DNA of 64,000 nucleotides from a virus, in the IMG/VR virus record IMGVR_UViG_3300012964_000002, positions 25,427 through 89,426 of that record. The stretch is one strand, 5' to 3'. Below the pieces are notes generated by a model. It made no database searches, was not told where the DNA came from, and saw only the letters and a list, made by a program, of their open reading frames with translations. The position numbers were made by a program, and so were the translations under genes. The number at the start of each line of letters is the position of its first letter. Positions within the stretch are counted from its first letter, which is position 1. Of this stretch, positions 17,692 through 27,224 are shown piece after piece.

Positions 17692-18480
17692 ATGGGCTCA
17701 GGCCGCGTCCCCTACACCCGCGAGCTGTACGACATCCTCGTCGCCGCCTTCCGGGAGGCCCCCGGCAACTACGCGCACGCCCTCCGCAGGTCCGGCATGT
17801 CCGACAGGAAGGCCATGCGCCGCGTCTGGGAGAAGGGCTGGAAGAATCTCCCGTGGGCGCGCCCGATTCGGCTCGTGCTGGAGGAGGAGCAGAGGGACGC
17901 CCTGCTCGAGGTGGCGCGCCTGAAGGAGCGGGAGCGCGAGGAGCAGGAGAGGCGGCGCGAGGAGGTCAGGGCGGAGGCCATCAAGTCGCGCGTGGAGGAG
18001 GGGCAGGCGGCCGACCTCGCGCGGCGGAACAGCATCGCGGCCATGGCGTCGATGCGCCCGCTGCTCGTCGGCATCCACAAGCTCGCGCCTCGGCTCGAGG
18101 CGGTGCTCTCGGACCCGCAGCTAAAGGTGGACCCGGAGAAGGCGGCGAAGCTCATCCTCGACATCTCGCGGGCGTCGAAGTTCGCGGGGGAGACGGCCCA
18201 CCGCGCCATCGTGATGAGCCGCCTCATCCTCGGGAAGCCTACCGACATCCTCGGCATCGGCGGCGCGGCCGACGACGTGGACGACATGTCCATGGAGCAG
18301 TGCCTGGAGGAGCTCAAGGTCATCGAGCAGGAGGCGCGCGAGGCGCTCACGACCGCGGCCGCCCCGCGCGAGCTCACCGTCATCCAGGGCGGGAAGCAGG
18401 CGGCGGACGGCACCCCGCCGCCCGACGACGACGGCAAGGGCCGCGGCGGTTCCGGGTCTCCGCCTCCGCCCGCACCGTGA
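17692..18480 (+). CDS. Possible terminase small subunit / DNA-binding protein
   Basis: Helical protein with coiled coil and ILGKPTDI; upstream of TerL; strong codon bias. Confidence 0.5.
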   Translation: MGSGRVPYTRELYDILVAAFREAPGNYAHALRRSGMSDRKAMRRVWEKGWKNLPWARPIRLVLEEEQRDALLEVARLKEREREEQERRREEVRAEAIKSRVEEGQAADLARRNSIAAMASMRPLLVGIHKLAPRLEAVLSDPQLKVDPEKAAKLILDISRASKFAGETAHRAIVMSRLILGKPTDILGIGGAADDVDDMSMEQCLEELKVIEQEAREALTTAAAPRELTVIQGGKQAADGTPPPDDDGKGRGGSGSPPPPAP

Positions 18481-18491
18481 AGGGAGAGGTC

Positions 18492-18758
18492 ATGACGCGG
18501 CTCAAGGCGTGGTTCAAGCGGCTTCGCGCGGCGCTCGCTCGATGGCAGGAGCGCCGCGAGCGCGCTCGCGCGGTGGAGCGGTGGGACGGGGAGCGGTGCT
18601 GGATGTGCCGCGCCAGGAAGGACGCGCACGTCGGGCGCATGGGTGAGACCTGCCCCGACGGCAGCGGGGGGTTCGTCGGGCAGCACATCAGGCGGCGGCC
18701 GGGCGCGGAGATCGAGCGGGCACTCGCTGCCCATCCCGTGCGGGGCGCGTGCCTGTGA
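18492..18758 (+). CDS. Hypothetical protein
   Basis: GGAGAGG RBS; CWMC...H...C. Confidence 0.5.
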   Translation: MTRLKAWFKRLRAALARWQERRERARAVERWDGERCWMCRARKDAHVGRMGETCPDGSGGFVGQHIRRRPGAEIERALAAHPVRGACL

Positions 18759-19117
18759 GCCCCTGCGTGAGGGCGATCACCGTCAGGTTCGAGGTCGTGC
18801 AACAGAACGGTCTCGAGATCGAGTTCGACGAGACCTTCGCGACGGACTCGGTGGAGAGGGCGCTCGAGCTAGCGGAAGAGTACCGCCACGTTCCGCCGCT
18901 TCCGCTGGCCATGGCCGCCCGGGTCGTGGCTGACGACCTGTACGAGAACGGGAGGACGTACCCCAGGAAGAACTGGTGCGTCACGCACCAGCGACCGATG
19001 CCAGCTCACGACGTGACGTCGGCGTGCCGCACCCAGAAGCTGACCGAGGCGATGTTCGCCTCCGCCTCGGCGTCCATGCTGGAGGAGGACGCGCGTCGCC
19101 GCGCGCGCCGCTCGTGA
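18755..19117 (+). CDS. Hypothetical protein
   Basis: GTGA overlaps at both ends. Confidence 0.5.
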   Translation: MSPCVRAITVRFEVVQQNGLEIEFDETFATDSVERALELAEEYRHVPPLPLAMAARVVADDLYENGRTYPRKNWCVTHQRPMPAHDVTSACRTQKLTEAMFASASASMLEEDARRRARRS

Positions 19118-20613
19118 ACCCCTCTGGCTTCGCCGCCACGGCCGTTCGCCGGAAGCTGCGCCACGCGCGGCAGCTGCGCGCCCGCGTCGCGCGGGACGAC
19201 GTCAACGCCTTCATGCAGTTCGTGATGCGGGACGAGAAGACGAACGTCCCGATCCGCCAGGCACCCGTTCACAAGGCGTGGCAGTGGGAGGTGTCGCACC
19301 ACAACCGGGTGCTGATCTGGTCCCACCCCGAGAGCGGGAAGACGCAGCAGCTGTCGATCGGCCGCGTGCTCTGGGAGCTGGGGAGGAACACCGCGCTGCG
19401 CGTCGCCGTCATCTCCAGGACGGACAACCTCGCCACGAAGATCGTGACGACCGTCGGGAACCTCGTCCTCAAGAGCGAGGAGCTCAGGGCCGTCTTCCCC
19501 CACCTCCGCAAGAGCACGACCGCGCGCGACTCGTGGACCACGCACGCCATCACCGTCGAGCGCAACAACCCCGGCATGAAGGAGCCCAGCGTCCAGGCGT
19601 TCGGCGCGAGCTCGCGGTCCCTCATCGGCAACCGCCTCGACCTCCTCGTCATCGACGACATCCTCGACGACCAGAACACCAACTCCGCAAAGCAGATGGA
19701 GGACATGTGGGTCTGGTACAACTCCCTGGTCGAGGGGCGTCTCGACACGAACGGGCGCGTCATCGTCGTGGGGAACGCCTGGCACCCGCAGGACTTCCTC
19801 CACCGCCTCGCGCGCCAGCCGGGGTGGAAGGCGCTCCGCTACCCGGTGGTGGACGACGAGACGGGAGAGCCGCGCTGGCCGGAGCGCTGGCCCACGAAGC
19901 GCATCCTCGAGACGAAGACCAAGCTCGACTCCGCGCGCGCCGGCGAGTTCGCCCGCACGATGCTCTGCCTCGCGCGCGACGACGCGCAGAGCCGCTTCCA
20001 CCAAAAGAGCATCGACGCCTGCAAGGCGCTCGGCGCCGGCATGCGTCTCTGGGGTGGCCTGCGAGAGGTTCCGGCGGGTCACCGCGTCTACACCGGGGTC
20101 GACCTGGCCGTGAAGCGCGACGCCAGCGCGGACTTCACCTGCCTGTTCACCATCATCGTGCACCCGGACGGCTCGCGACAGGTGCTCAACATCCAGACCG
20201 GGCGCTGGCGCAAGAGCGAGATCGTCAACCGCATCATCCACGTCCACGCCCGCTTCAACGGCATCGTCATGGTCGAGGACAACGCCGCCCAAGACTACAT
20301 CTTGCAGGACGTCGTCGACCGCTCCTCCGTGCCGGTCAAGCCGTTCACGACGGGGCGCAACAAGATGAACATCGAGTACGGCGTCGAGTCCCTCTCCGCC
20401 GAGATGGACAACGGAAAGTGGATAATCCCGTCCGAGGGGGGCAAGTCTCATCCCGAGGTGGAAGCGTGGATCCTCGAGATGCTCTACTACGACCCGCGGA
20501 AGCACACGGGGGACCGCCTGATGGCCTCGTGGATCGCGCGGGAGGCGGCGCGGACCGGGGGCGGAGAGGGCGTGCGCGCGTGGGCCGGGTCTCTGGACAC
20601 GATGGCTCGCTGA
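19114..20613 (+). CDS. terL: Terminase large subunit
   Basis: HPESGKT Walker A, LLVIDD Walker B, VVGNAWH, WPERWP, GVDLA...DFT nuclease, HTGDRLMA. Confidence 0.93.
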   Translation: MNPSGFAATAVRRKLRHARQLRARVARDDVNAFMQFVMRDEKTNVPIRQAPVHKAWQWEVSHHNRVLIWSHPESGKTQQLSIGRVLWELGRNTALRVAVISRTDNLATKIVTTVGNLVLKSEELRAVFPHLRKSTTARDSWTTHAITVERNNPGMKEPSVQAFGASSRSLIGNRLDLLVIDDILDDQNTNSAKQMEDMWVWYNSLVEGRLDTNGRVIVVGNAWHPQDFLHRLARQPGWKALRYPVVDDETGEPRWPERWPTKRILETKTKLDSARAGEFARTMLCLARDDAQSRFHQKSIDACKALGAGMRLWGGLREVPAGHRVYTGVDLAVKRDASADFTCLFTIIVHPDGSRQVLNIQTGRWRKSEIVNRIIHVHARFNGIVMVEDNAAQDYILQDVVDRSSVPVKPFTTGRNKMNIEYGVESLSAEMDNGKWIIPSEGGKSHPEVEAWILEMLYYDPRKHTGDRLMASWIAREAARTGGGEGVRAWAGSLDTMAR

Positions 20614-20852
20614 CGTCGGAGGAGCTCGACGCGCGGCTGGCCGTCTTCGAGCTGCGCGAGGAAGCCGTCCTCCATCACGCCTCTCGAGCAGGGTGGAGGT
20701 GCGAGTGGTGCGGCGTCGGGTTCGACCACCTGATCCGCGTCGGCAGCTCGCGCTTCGTGGACGAGGCGCGGACGGCGCGGGAGGTCGCAAAGGAGAATCA
20801 CGGCAGCGTTCCCTGCTGGGAGCTCGTCGGAAGGGACGGCCCCCGTGGCTGA
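20610..20852 (+). CDS. Small CxWC...H...CWE protein, paralog 1 (start uncertain)
   Basis: WRCEWCG...HGSVPCWEL. Confidence 0.5.
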   Translation: MTSEELDARLAVFELREEAVLHHASRAGWRCEWCGVGFDHLIRVGSSRFVDEARTAREVAKENHGSVPCWELVGRDGPRG

Positions 20853-20870
20853 CGCGCCCGAGGAGGCGGC

Positions 20871-21137
20871 TTGAGGATCGTCACGCGGAAGGAGGAGCGG
20901 GACCGCGCGTTTCGCGCCGCCGCGCTTCTCTCGCGCGTCGTCGTGGTGCACCAGCAGCCGGACCCGCCCACGCTCGAGGGGTGGTTCCGCTGTGGCTGGT
21001 GCGAGCGCATCGTGCCGATGAAGGAGATGCGGTCGCACGGCGGAACCGCGGTGTGGTCCGATCAGCCGAAGGAGAGGGTCGACGACCTCGGGCCCGGCGT
21101 CGTCGGCTGCTGGGAGATGTACCCGTCGGAGGCGTGA
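20871..21137 (+). CDS. Small CxWC...H...CWE protein, paralog 2
   Basis: WFRCGWCERIVPMKEMRSHGG...GCWEM. Confidence 0.65.
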   Translation: MRIVTRKEERDRAFRAAALLSRVVVVHQQPDPPTLEGWFRCGWCERIVPMKEMRSHGGTAVWSDQPKERVDDLGPGVVGCWEMYPSEA

Positions 21138-21421
21138 TGGGGTGTCACGTCGAGGTCGAGGAGCTGCGTCTGGCGCGGGAGGCCGCGGCGCTTCTGGTCG
21201 ACAGGGATGTCGTTCACCAGCGGCCGCCCGGCGCGGCCGAGCTGCTGGCCGACTCACCCGACTCCTACTTCCAGTGTGACTGGTGCGGCCGCCTGGTCTT
21301 CATGCGCGAGATGCGGAGTCACGGCGGCAAAGGCGTGTGGTCGGAGATCACGCGCGAACGCCGGGAGACGGTGCTCGTCAATATGCGCGAGATCGGCTGC
21401 TGGGAGCTCGCGCCGCCGTGA
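21137..21421 (+). CDS. Small CxWC...H...CWE protein, paralog 3
   Basis: YFQCDWCGRLVFMREMRSHGG...GCWEL. Confidence 0.65.
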   Translation: MGCHVEVEELRLAREAAALLVDRDVVHQRPPGAAELLADSPDSYFQCDWCGRLVFMREMRSHGGKGVWSEITRERRETVLVNMREIGCWELAPP

Positions 21422-21741
21422 GGATCACTCGCGACCATCCCGACTTCGAGCACATCTCCGTGCTCCTGCGCGGAGAGGAGCTGGGCTTCGAGGATGTCGC
21501 GGCCCTGCTCGAGGCGGACACCGGCGGCGGGTACGTGGTCGTCGAGGTGGAGCTCAAGCCACGCAACCCGCTCCTCGGTCCCATGCCGCGGATGCGCGGC
21601 GGCGACAGGCGCGTGCTGCGCGGCGAGGTTCGTCTCATCGACCGGCGCACGGGCGGTCCGTACGACCCGCTGCTCCAGGCCGCGGAGGAGGCGGCGAAGG
21701 AGGAGGCCCTGTCGTTCAACGGGAACAGGGGCTGGAAGTGA
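21418..21741 (+). CDS. Hypothetical protein
   Basis: Coupled ORF with typical codon bias. Confidence 0.55.
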   Translation: MRITRDHPDFEHISVLLRGEELGFEDVAALLEADTGGGYVVVEVELKPRNPLLGPMPRMRGGDRRVLRGEVRLIDRRTGGPYDPLLQAAEEAAKEEALSFNGNRGWK

Positions 21742-22034
21742 TCGCGCTCGCCGTCATCGTGGTCTGCGTCGCCGCCGCCGCCGCGACGCGCTGGGCGTAC
21801 CGCCTGGGCAAGCGGATCGGGGAGTGGGACAGCGACGCCGCGGCGTCCGGCCACATCCTGTCGGAGCGCGCCGCGATGCTGGCCGAGCTCGAGACGGTCG
21901 TCGGGATCGCCGAGTGGCTGTCCGGCTCCGAAGACTTCGGTCCGGGGGGCAAGGCGGAGGAGGGTTGGGAGACGGCGCGACAGAAGCTGGACGAGACGCG
22001 CGCGCTGATCGTGTTCTGGAGGCATCATGGCTGA
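21738..22034 (+). CDS. Membrane-anchored hypothetical protein
   Basis: N-terminal hydrophobic segment. Confidence 0.55.
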   Translation: MIALAVIVVCVAAAAATRWAYRLGKRIGEWDSDAAASGHILSERAAMLAELETVVGIAEWLSGSEDFGPGGKAEEGWETARQKLDETRALIVFWRHHG

Positions 22035-22221
22035 CGAGGTGTGCATGGCCTGGGTAACCCCGATCCAAGAGCGCCGAGCCCGCGCCTGCGGGCGGCCGGC
22101 GACGCACATCGTGGGGTTCCAGCGGGTGCCGCGCTGCTCGAGGCACGCCATGATCGCTCGGAAGCGCGGCGAGCTCGTCGCGAAGATCCGGGACGGAAGG
22201 AAGGAGTCCGTCGGTGTCTGA
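22027..22221 (+). CDS. Small Cys/His protein
   Basis: C...CGRPATH...CSRH. Confidence 0.5.
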   Translation: MADEVCMAWVTPIQERRARACGRPATHIVGFQRVPRCSRHAMIARKRGELVAKIRDGRKESVGV

Positions 22222-22573
22222 CTGGCGCGTCGTCTTCGACGGGGTTCACCCCGTTCTGTTCGTCGTCGTCGCGAGCTGGCTGCTGGGCGTGGCGTGCCGG
22301 CACGGCGAGAAGAGGGGCGCCTTCGAGGAGCGGCAGCGGATCTGCTCGGAGGGCGCGGAGGCGGCGGCCGTCGCGTACATGCTCGACGAGCGGCACGCCA
22401 TCCTGAGGGTCGCGGAGGAGATGTCGTCGCTCGCGCAGTCCCAGCTTGTGATGCTACCGTCTGTCCTGTCTAGCACCATCGCCATCGCCGACCTGCCCAG
22501 CATCATCGCCGACCAGCAGGAGCGCGTCTTCGACGCGCAGCTCAAGATTCGCGCGTGGAGGTCCCGTGGCTGA
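22214..22573 (+). CDS. Membrane-anchored hypothetical protein
   Basis: N-terminal TM followed by G...G..EER. Confidence 0.55.
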   Translation: MSDWRVVFDGVHPVLFVVVASWLLGVACRHGEKRGAFEERQRICSEGAEAAAVAYMLDERHAILRVAEEMSSLAQSQLVMLPSVLSSTIAIADLPSIIADQQERVFDAQLKIRAWRSRG

Positions 22574-22805
22574 CCTCGCCGCCGCGCTCGGCAGGAAGCG
22601 GGCGCCCCCGCGCTCGCGCGCTCCGCGCCCGCCGCGCGTCTTCGACGCCGACGGGAACGAGGTCTTCATCACGATGCTCTGCCCGCGCTGCCGGAAGCTG
22701 CGGCCGCTGTGTCAGTTCGGGCTTCGGCGGATGGCCGGCGGGCAGATCCGCAACTGCCCGTGGTGCAAGACGTGCCGGAGCGGGCCGGCCAGGAGGCAAG
22801 CGTGA
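22566..22805 (+). CDS. Small zinc-finger protein
   Basis: CPRC..LRPL..F...WCKTC. Confidence 0.6.
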   Translation: MADLAAALGRKRAPPRSRAPRPPRVFDADGNEVFITMLCPRCRKLRPLCQFGLRRMAGGQIRNCPWCKTCRSGPARRQA

Positions 22806-23044
22806 CCGTCGACTTCTCGCAGGCCGTCCACGCGCGGGACGGAGCCTGGGCGCTCTGCCGCGCCTACAGGCCGTGCATGGGGACCGAGACCCTGACGCTC
22901 CAGAAGCCAAAGCGCGGCCCGCGCACCGTCACCTGCCCGGCCTGCCTGAAGAAGCTGCGGCGGCGCGCGCTCCGCGGCGTGCTCGACGTCTCGTGGCAGG
23001 AGCGGCTCCGGGAGTTCCACTCCGTCACGACGAGGGAACCATGA
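22802..23044 (+). CDS. Small zinc-binding protein
   Basis: VH...ALC...VTCPAC. Confidence 0.5.
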   Translation: MTVDFSQAVHARDGAWALCRAYRPCMGTETLTLQKPKRGPRTVTCPACLKKLRRRALRGVLDVSWQERLREFHSVTTREP

Positions 23045-23322
23045 TGACGCCCGCGCGTGTCTTCGCTCTCTGCGTCGCTGGGATGGTGCTCTGCGTCCTG
23101 CTGGCCGTCGCGCTCGTCCCGCAGCCCGCTCCGGAGCGTCCGCCGCTCCCGGACGTGCTCGAGGACGCCGCCTTTCTCTCCCTGCGCGTGGACCGCCTCG
23201 CGGACGAGCTCGTCCGCTCCCGCCGGATCCTGAACGCGCAGCGGGAGTTCATGCTCGCCAGGACCAAGCGGGAGAGACGGGAGGCCGCGCGGGCGGCCAT
23301 GGTGGCGTGGAGCGAGCCGTGA
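23041..23322 (+). CDS. Membrane-anchored hypothetical protein
   Basis: N-terminal TM followed by coiled coil. Confidence 0.5.
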   Translation: MMTPARVFALCVAGMVLCVLLAVALVPQPAPERPPLPDVLEDAAFLSLRVDRLADELVRSRRILNAQREFMLARTKRERREAARAAMVAWSEP

Positions 23323-23380
23323 GCGCGGAGCGACGACGCGCCAGCGCCAAGATCGCCGCGGCGCGGGCAAGGGAGTAATC

Positions 23381-24478
23381 ATGCGCAGAGAATTCGAGAT
23401 GACCGAGGACGAGGAAAAGGAGATCCTCTGGGCCGCCTGGAAGCCGGTCCCGTACATGGTGGTCGGGGGGCTCGAGCCCGAGTCGCCGCAGGAGCGCGCG
23501 AACCGTGCCTGGCAGGCTCTGGGGCGGAAGCGTGGCTTCGACGGCACGACGGCCGAGCCCGTGCCTGGGAAGGGGCAACGCTTCTTCTCGGCTGAAGTGG
23601 TCCCTAGTTGTCCGGAAGGCTGCCGAGGCGTCGAGATTGCGCCGGACGACTGGAGCGGCTGCGCTTGCCCGGGCACCGCGACCTGCGACTGTCCTCAGCA
23701 TCCGCGCGCGGAGGCGGCCCCGGACTCCCGTCTCACCTGTGGTGTGCCGAGGCGGGCCTGCGTGGACCTGTTCTCCCCGGCGGAGCGCGCCATCTACGAC
23801 GCGATGGGATCGGTCGAGGCCGCGGGCGCCGACCTCGCCCTGACCGACGCCGTGGTGCTCCTCCAGGCGGCGCGCGAGCGCGTGGCCGACTTCGTGGACG
23901 GCGTGCCGGGGAAGCGGACGCTGCCCCGCGAGTACCTCGAGCCCGCCCCCTCCGCCATCGAACCCCCAGCGCAGCAACGAGGAGGTGATGCGTCTGAACA
24001 CCGGACCGATCCCGCAACGGAGCCCGCTGGGCTACGACTGGAACCCGCCGGTCGTGCCTCAGTGACGATGGGGGCGGCGGAGTCGCCGGCCGTCGCCCCC
24101 TCCCCTGCGGAGGCGCCCGCGCGAGCCTGCAACGAAGACGGACACGGCGAGTACGGCAAGACGTGCTTCCACCACGCCGCCAAGCCTGACGGCGCCGCGC
24201 CCCCTGCGGACGCGGGACCGAGCGACGAGGCGCTGATCAAGGCCCTGATCGCGACGGCGGCTCGGAACGGTCCCCAGGGGCCGCTCGTGGCCGCGGATCA
24301 ACATGCCCTCCTCACCCGCCTGCGCGAGTACCGGGAGGCGCTCGACGCGCAGGCGAAGCGCGTGCTGCCGGACGGGACGCGGTGCTGGTGCCAAGAACCG
24401 CGCCTGCCGGTCGGTGGCGAACCCGCACACTGGCATCACTGCGAGAGCGCCCGCGCCCTCTCCCGGAGGAATCGATGA
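23381..24478 (+). CDS. Mosaic multi-domain hypothetical protein
   Basis: GGGAG RBS; several Cys clusters and helical modules joined by Pro/Ala linkers. Confidence 0.6.
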   Translation: MRREFEMTEDEEKEILWAAWKPVPYMVVGGLEPESPQERANRAWQALGRKRGFDGTTAEPVPGKGQRFFSAEVVPSCPEGCRGVEIAPDDWSGCACPGTATCDCPQHPRAEAAPDSRLTCGVPRRACVDLFSPAERAIYDAMGSVEAAGADLALTDAVVLLQAARERVADFVDGVPGKRTLPREYLEPAPSAIEPPAQQRGGDASEHRTDPATEPAGLRLEPAGRASVTMGAAESPAVAPSPAEAPARACNEDGHGEYGKTCFHHAAKPDGAAPPADAGPSDEALIKALIATAARNGPQGPLVAADQHALLTRLREYREALDAQAKRVLPDGTRCWCQEPRLPVGGEPAHWHHCESARALSRRNR

Positions 24479-25617
24479 ACGACTACCTCGTGACGTGCGA
24501 GCACAACGCCTTCCCGCACTTGGTGGGCTCGTGTTCCCCCGCGTGCTTGAATCCGCACGGCCCTGTAGCGCCCGCCCCCGCCGCGTCGCAGGTGTCCGCG
24601 TTCGCCGCTCTCGTGGACGCCGTTCGGGAGGAGGGCCGCGAGTTGGGAATGGCGCAAGCTAAGGGGCACGCGCTTCTCTTCAAGGACTCGCGTCCCGCTC
24701 TCCTCGCCGCCCACCGGGCCGTCGAGGCGGAGCGGGACCGGGCGCGCCGGCACGAGCTCGCGTTCAGCCGGATGTACGACAGCATGCAGAAGGAGCGGGA
24801 CGAGGCCCGGGCCGCCATCGCCGCGGCGACGAGGCGGGCGGAGGCCGCCGAGCGGTTCGTGAAGGACGCCGAGCTGGCCTACGTCGGAAGCGAGGTCATG
24901 ACGGACGTGCTCGTCTTCTTCGAGGCCGCGGGCTGCGGCCGACCGGGCACGCCGAACACGCTGTGGTCGATGACGCAGGAGATCATCGCGCGCGAGGCCG
25001 CGTCCCGTGCCGAGGCGGAGGAATTGCGGCGCCGGCTGGGTCCGGTTCCCGAGCGACGCGCGGTCCTGCGGTACGTCTCGTGGGGGGACGCGCAGGACAT
25101 CCACGCGCTGGCGCAGCCGCTCGTGGACCACGTCGAGGCGGGGAAGCTGGCGAAGCGCGTCTGCGACTTCCTGACTCCGGGCGCCGTCCTCGACCTCGTT
25201 GCGCCCGCCGCCCCGGATGACGATGCTCCGGTCTGCGATCCGGAGCCGCGCTGCGGGGAGTGCGGCTCGCCGATGGAGCTGCGGCTCTCCCGCTACGGGC
25301 GGTTCTGGGGCTGCGTCCGCTTCCCGACGTGCCGTGGGACGCACGGCGCGCACCAGAGCACCGGCGCCCCACTTGGCGTTCCGGCGGACAAGGCCACCCG
25401 GGAGGCGCGGGTCATGGCGCACGCCTCGCTCGACGCGCTGTGGAAGAAGGGCCTGATGAGCCGCCGCGCGGCCTACCGCTGGCTGCAGGAGGCGATGGGT
25501 CTCTCCGTGGAGGAGGCGCACATCGGAAAGTTCACCACCGAGCAGTGCAACCGCCTGATCGAGTTGGCGCGCGGGCGTCAGCCGCGGGTCGCGCCGCTCA
25601 AGCCGAAGAAGTCGTGA
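24475..25617 (+). CDS. Protein with C-terminal topoisomerase-type C4 zinc ribbon and DUF3268-like region
   Basis: CGECGSPMELR..RYGRFWGC.RFPTC; PLGVPAD...AH..LD.LW...R..AY.WL...HIGKF. Confidence 0.7.
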   Translation: MNDYLVTCEHNAFPHLVGSCSPACLNPHGPVAPAPAASQVSAFAALVDAVREEGRELGMAQAKGHALLFKDSRPALLAAHRAVEAERDRARRHELAFSRMYDSMQKERDEARAAIAAATRRAEAAERFVKDAELAYVGSEVMTDVLVFFEAAGCGRPGTPNTLWSMTQEIIAREAASRAEAEELRRRLGPVPERRAVLRYVSWGDAQDIHALAQPLVDHVEAGKLAKRVCDFLTPGAVLDLVAPAAPDDDAPVCDPEPRCGECGSPMELRLSRYGRFWGCVRFPTCRGTHGAHQSTGAPLGVPADKATREARVMAHASLDALWKKGLMSRRAAYRWLQEAMGLSVEEAHIGKFTTEQCNRLIELARGRQPRVAPLKPKKS

Positions 25618-26180
25618 GCGCGCTTGGCGAGCTCGCTTGGCAGTTCCGCGTCGCGTTCTCTCGGCGGTGGAACTGGGACGAGCTTCCGGAGGGCCTGCCG
25701 CCCGGCTGGCCGGACGGGGACCCGGCGCGTCGAGAGCGGCACGAGGCGCTGTCGGCCGCCGTCATGCTGGCGGGCTTCAGCCCGGGGCCCGTGCTCGAGG
25801 CGATGCGGATGATCGAGCGAGGGCGGTTCGTGCTCGTGGGGACCGCCGCGCTCCGCCTCCGCGGGCACGACGTCGCCGCGAGCGACCTCGACTTCCTCTG
25901 CGAGCACGCGCCGGGAGGGCTCGAGGACGGGACGGGCAGCGGCGGCTCCACGGTGCGGGAGGTCGTGCTTCCGCAGCTTCGCGGATTCGTCTCGCACTCG
26001 CGCGTCAAGGTCGACTTCATCTACGCGGACAGGCCGCGGCGTCCGTTCCTGACGCGGTTCCCGGACGTCATCCTTGGCGTGCCAGTGGCGAGCGAGGAGG
26101 ACGTGATCGGCCTCAAGGCGTGGGCGAACAGGGACAAGGATCGTTGGTTCCTCGCCAGGTGGAGGGCCGGGTGTGCCTGA
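25614..26180 (+). CDS. Pol-beta superfamily nucleotidyltransferase-like protein
   Basis: LVGTAAL..RG...SDLDF, KVDF, VPVAS...LK....R.KD. Confidence 0.7.
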   Translation: MSALGELAWQFRVAFSRRWNWDELPEGLPPGWPDGDPARRERHEALSAAVMLAGFSPGPVLEAMRMIERGRFVLVGTAALRLRGHDVAASDLDFLCEHAPGGLEDGTGSGGSTVREVVLPQLRGFVSHSRVKVDFIYADRPRRPFLTRFPDVILGVPVASEEDVIGLKAWANRDKDRWFLARWRAGCA

Positions 26181-26523
26181 CGAGTGGATCTCCAGCGTGG
26201 AGTTCGAGCGGGACCTCCGCTCCGAGCTCCTGCCTCCTCTTCAGGTGGCTCACGGGACTCCGACGCCGGCGAGAGGCCCGAACGTCAAGGGGGAGCCCGT
26301 GATCCGCTTCCGCCTGCGGCCCGGCGCGAAGAAGATGTCGAGCAAGCTGGACTTCGAGTACAACGTCGCGGACTTCGAGCGCTGGAAGGCGTGGCGCGCG
26401 GCGCGGATGCTCCGCGAGGACATCGTGTCGATCACCCTGACGTGCGAGCACGGCGTCGCCTCGTCGCGCCCCTGCGACGAGTGCGTCTACACGTGGCTGC
26501 GCAAGCTGCGACCGACCCCTTGA
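26173..26523 (+). CDS. Dispersed HTH family paralog
   Basis: DEWISSVEF...DFERWKAWRAARML, then CEHG...CDEC. Confidence 0.55.
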   Translation: MPDEWISSVEFERDLRSELLPPLQVAHGTPTPARGPNVKGEPVIRFRLRPGAKKMSSKLDFEYNVADFERWKAWRAARMLREDIVSITLTCEHGVASSRPCDECVYTWLRKLRPTP

Positions 26524-26573
26524 CTCCGCGCTCGCGGAGCGCGACGAGTAGGTCTTCCCACCAGGAGGAGCAC

Positions 26574-26873
26574 ATGGCCAAGCCGCCCGTCGTCAACGTC
26601 CCGCCTCCCCCGCCCGTTCCGGGTGACCCCCTCCCCGCGACCGAGGCGCGGGTTCCGGAGCGTCCGCAGCTCTCCCCGGGCGGCGTCGTGGCCGCTCAGG
26701 TGTCCGGGCACGCCGCGGAGGTCACGCGGCTCTCCGCCGAGGTCGGCCGCCGCCACACGGACGTCGTCGCTCTCCGCCGCGCGCTCGAGGCGTGGATGAC
26801 CACGCACGGCGCCGCCTGCGCCTGCGACCGCTGCGTCGCGACTCGTGGGGTCCTCGCGGAGACCCGCCTGTGA
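26574..26873 (+). CDS. Hypothetical protein
   Basis: AGGAGGAG RBS; Pro-rich N-terminus; CACDRC. Confidence 0.55.
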   Translation: MAKPPVVNVPPPPPVPGDPLPATEARVPERPQLSPGGVVAAQVSGHAAEVTRLSAEVGRRHTDVVALRRALEAWMTTHGAACACDRCVATRGVLAETRL

Positions 26874-27223
26874 CGGTGATCGGTCCGGACGGGAAGGTGG
26901 TAGCCGGCGCCTACCCGGAGATGGCGTCGATGTACAACGGCACGGCGACGTGCTGCCTCAAGGAATGCACGAACCCGACGCGCTGGATGCCCGTCGTGGA
27001 GATCCGCCCGCGCGCTCCGCTCGAGGGCGTGATGCCGATGGGGCTTCTGGGGCTCGGCCTCTGCGACGAGCACAAGGCCACGTTCGGGCTCCCCGACGTG
27101 GAGGACGGCTCCGACCGCGGGATCTTGGCGCACGCGCGGAGAATCCTCGCGGCGCAGGGCAAGGCGGAGCCGGACCCGGAGAGGACGACGGTGGTGTTCT
27201 GCCAGGTCGCCAAGGAGGCGTGA
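26870..27223 (+). CDS. Hypothetical protein
   Basis: Coupled; CC..C...CDEH. Confidence 0.55.
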   Translation: MTVIGPDGKVVAGAYPEMASMYNGTATCCLKECTNPTRWMPVVEIRPRAPLEGVMPMGLLGLGLCDEHKATFGLPDVEDGSDRGILAHARRILAAQGKAEPDPERTTVVFCQVAKEA

Positions 27224-27224
27224 C

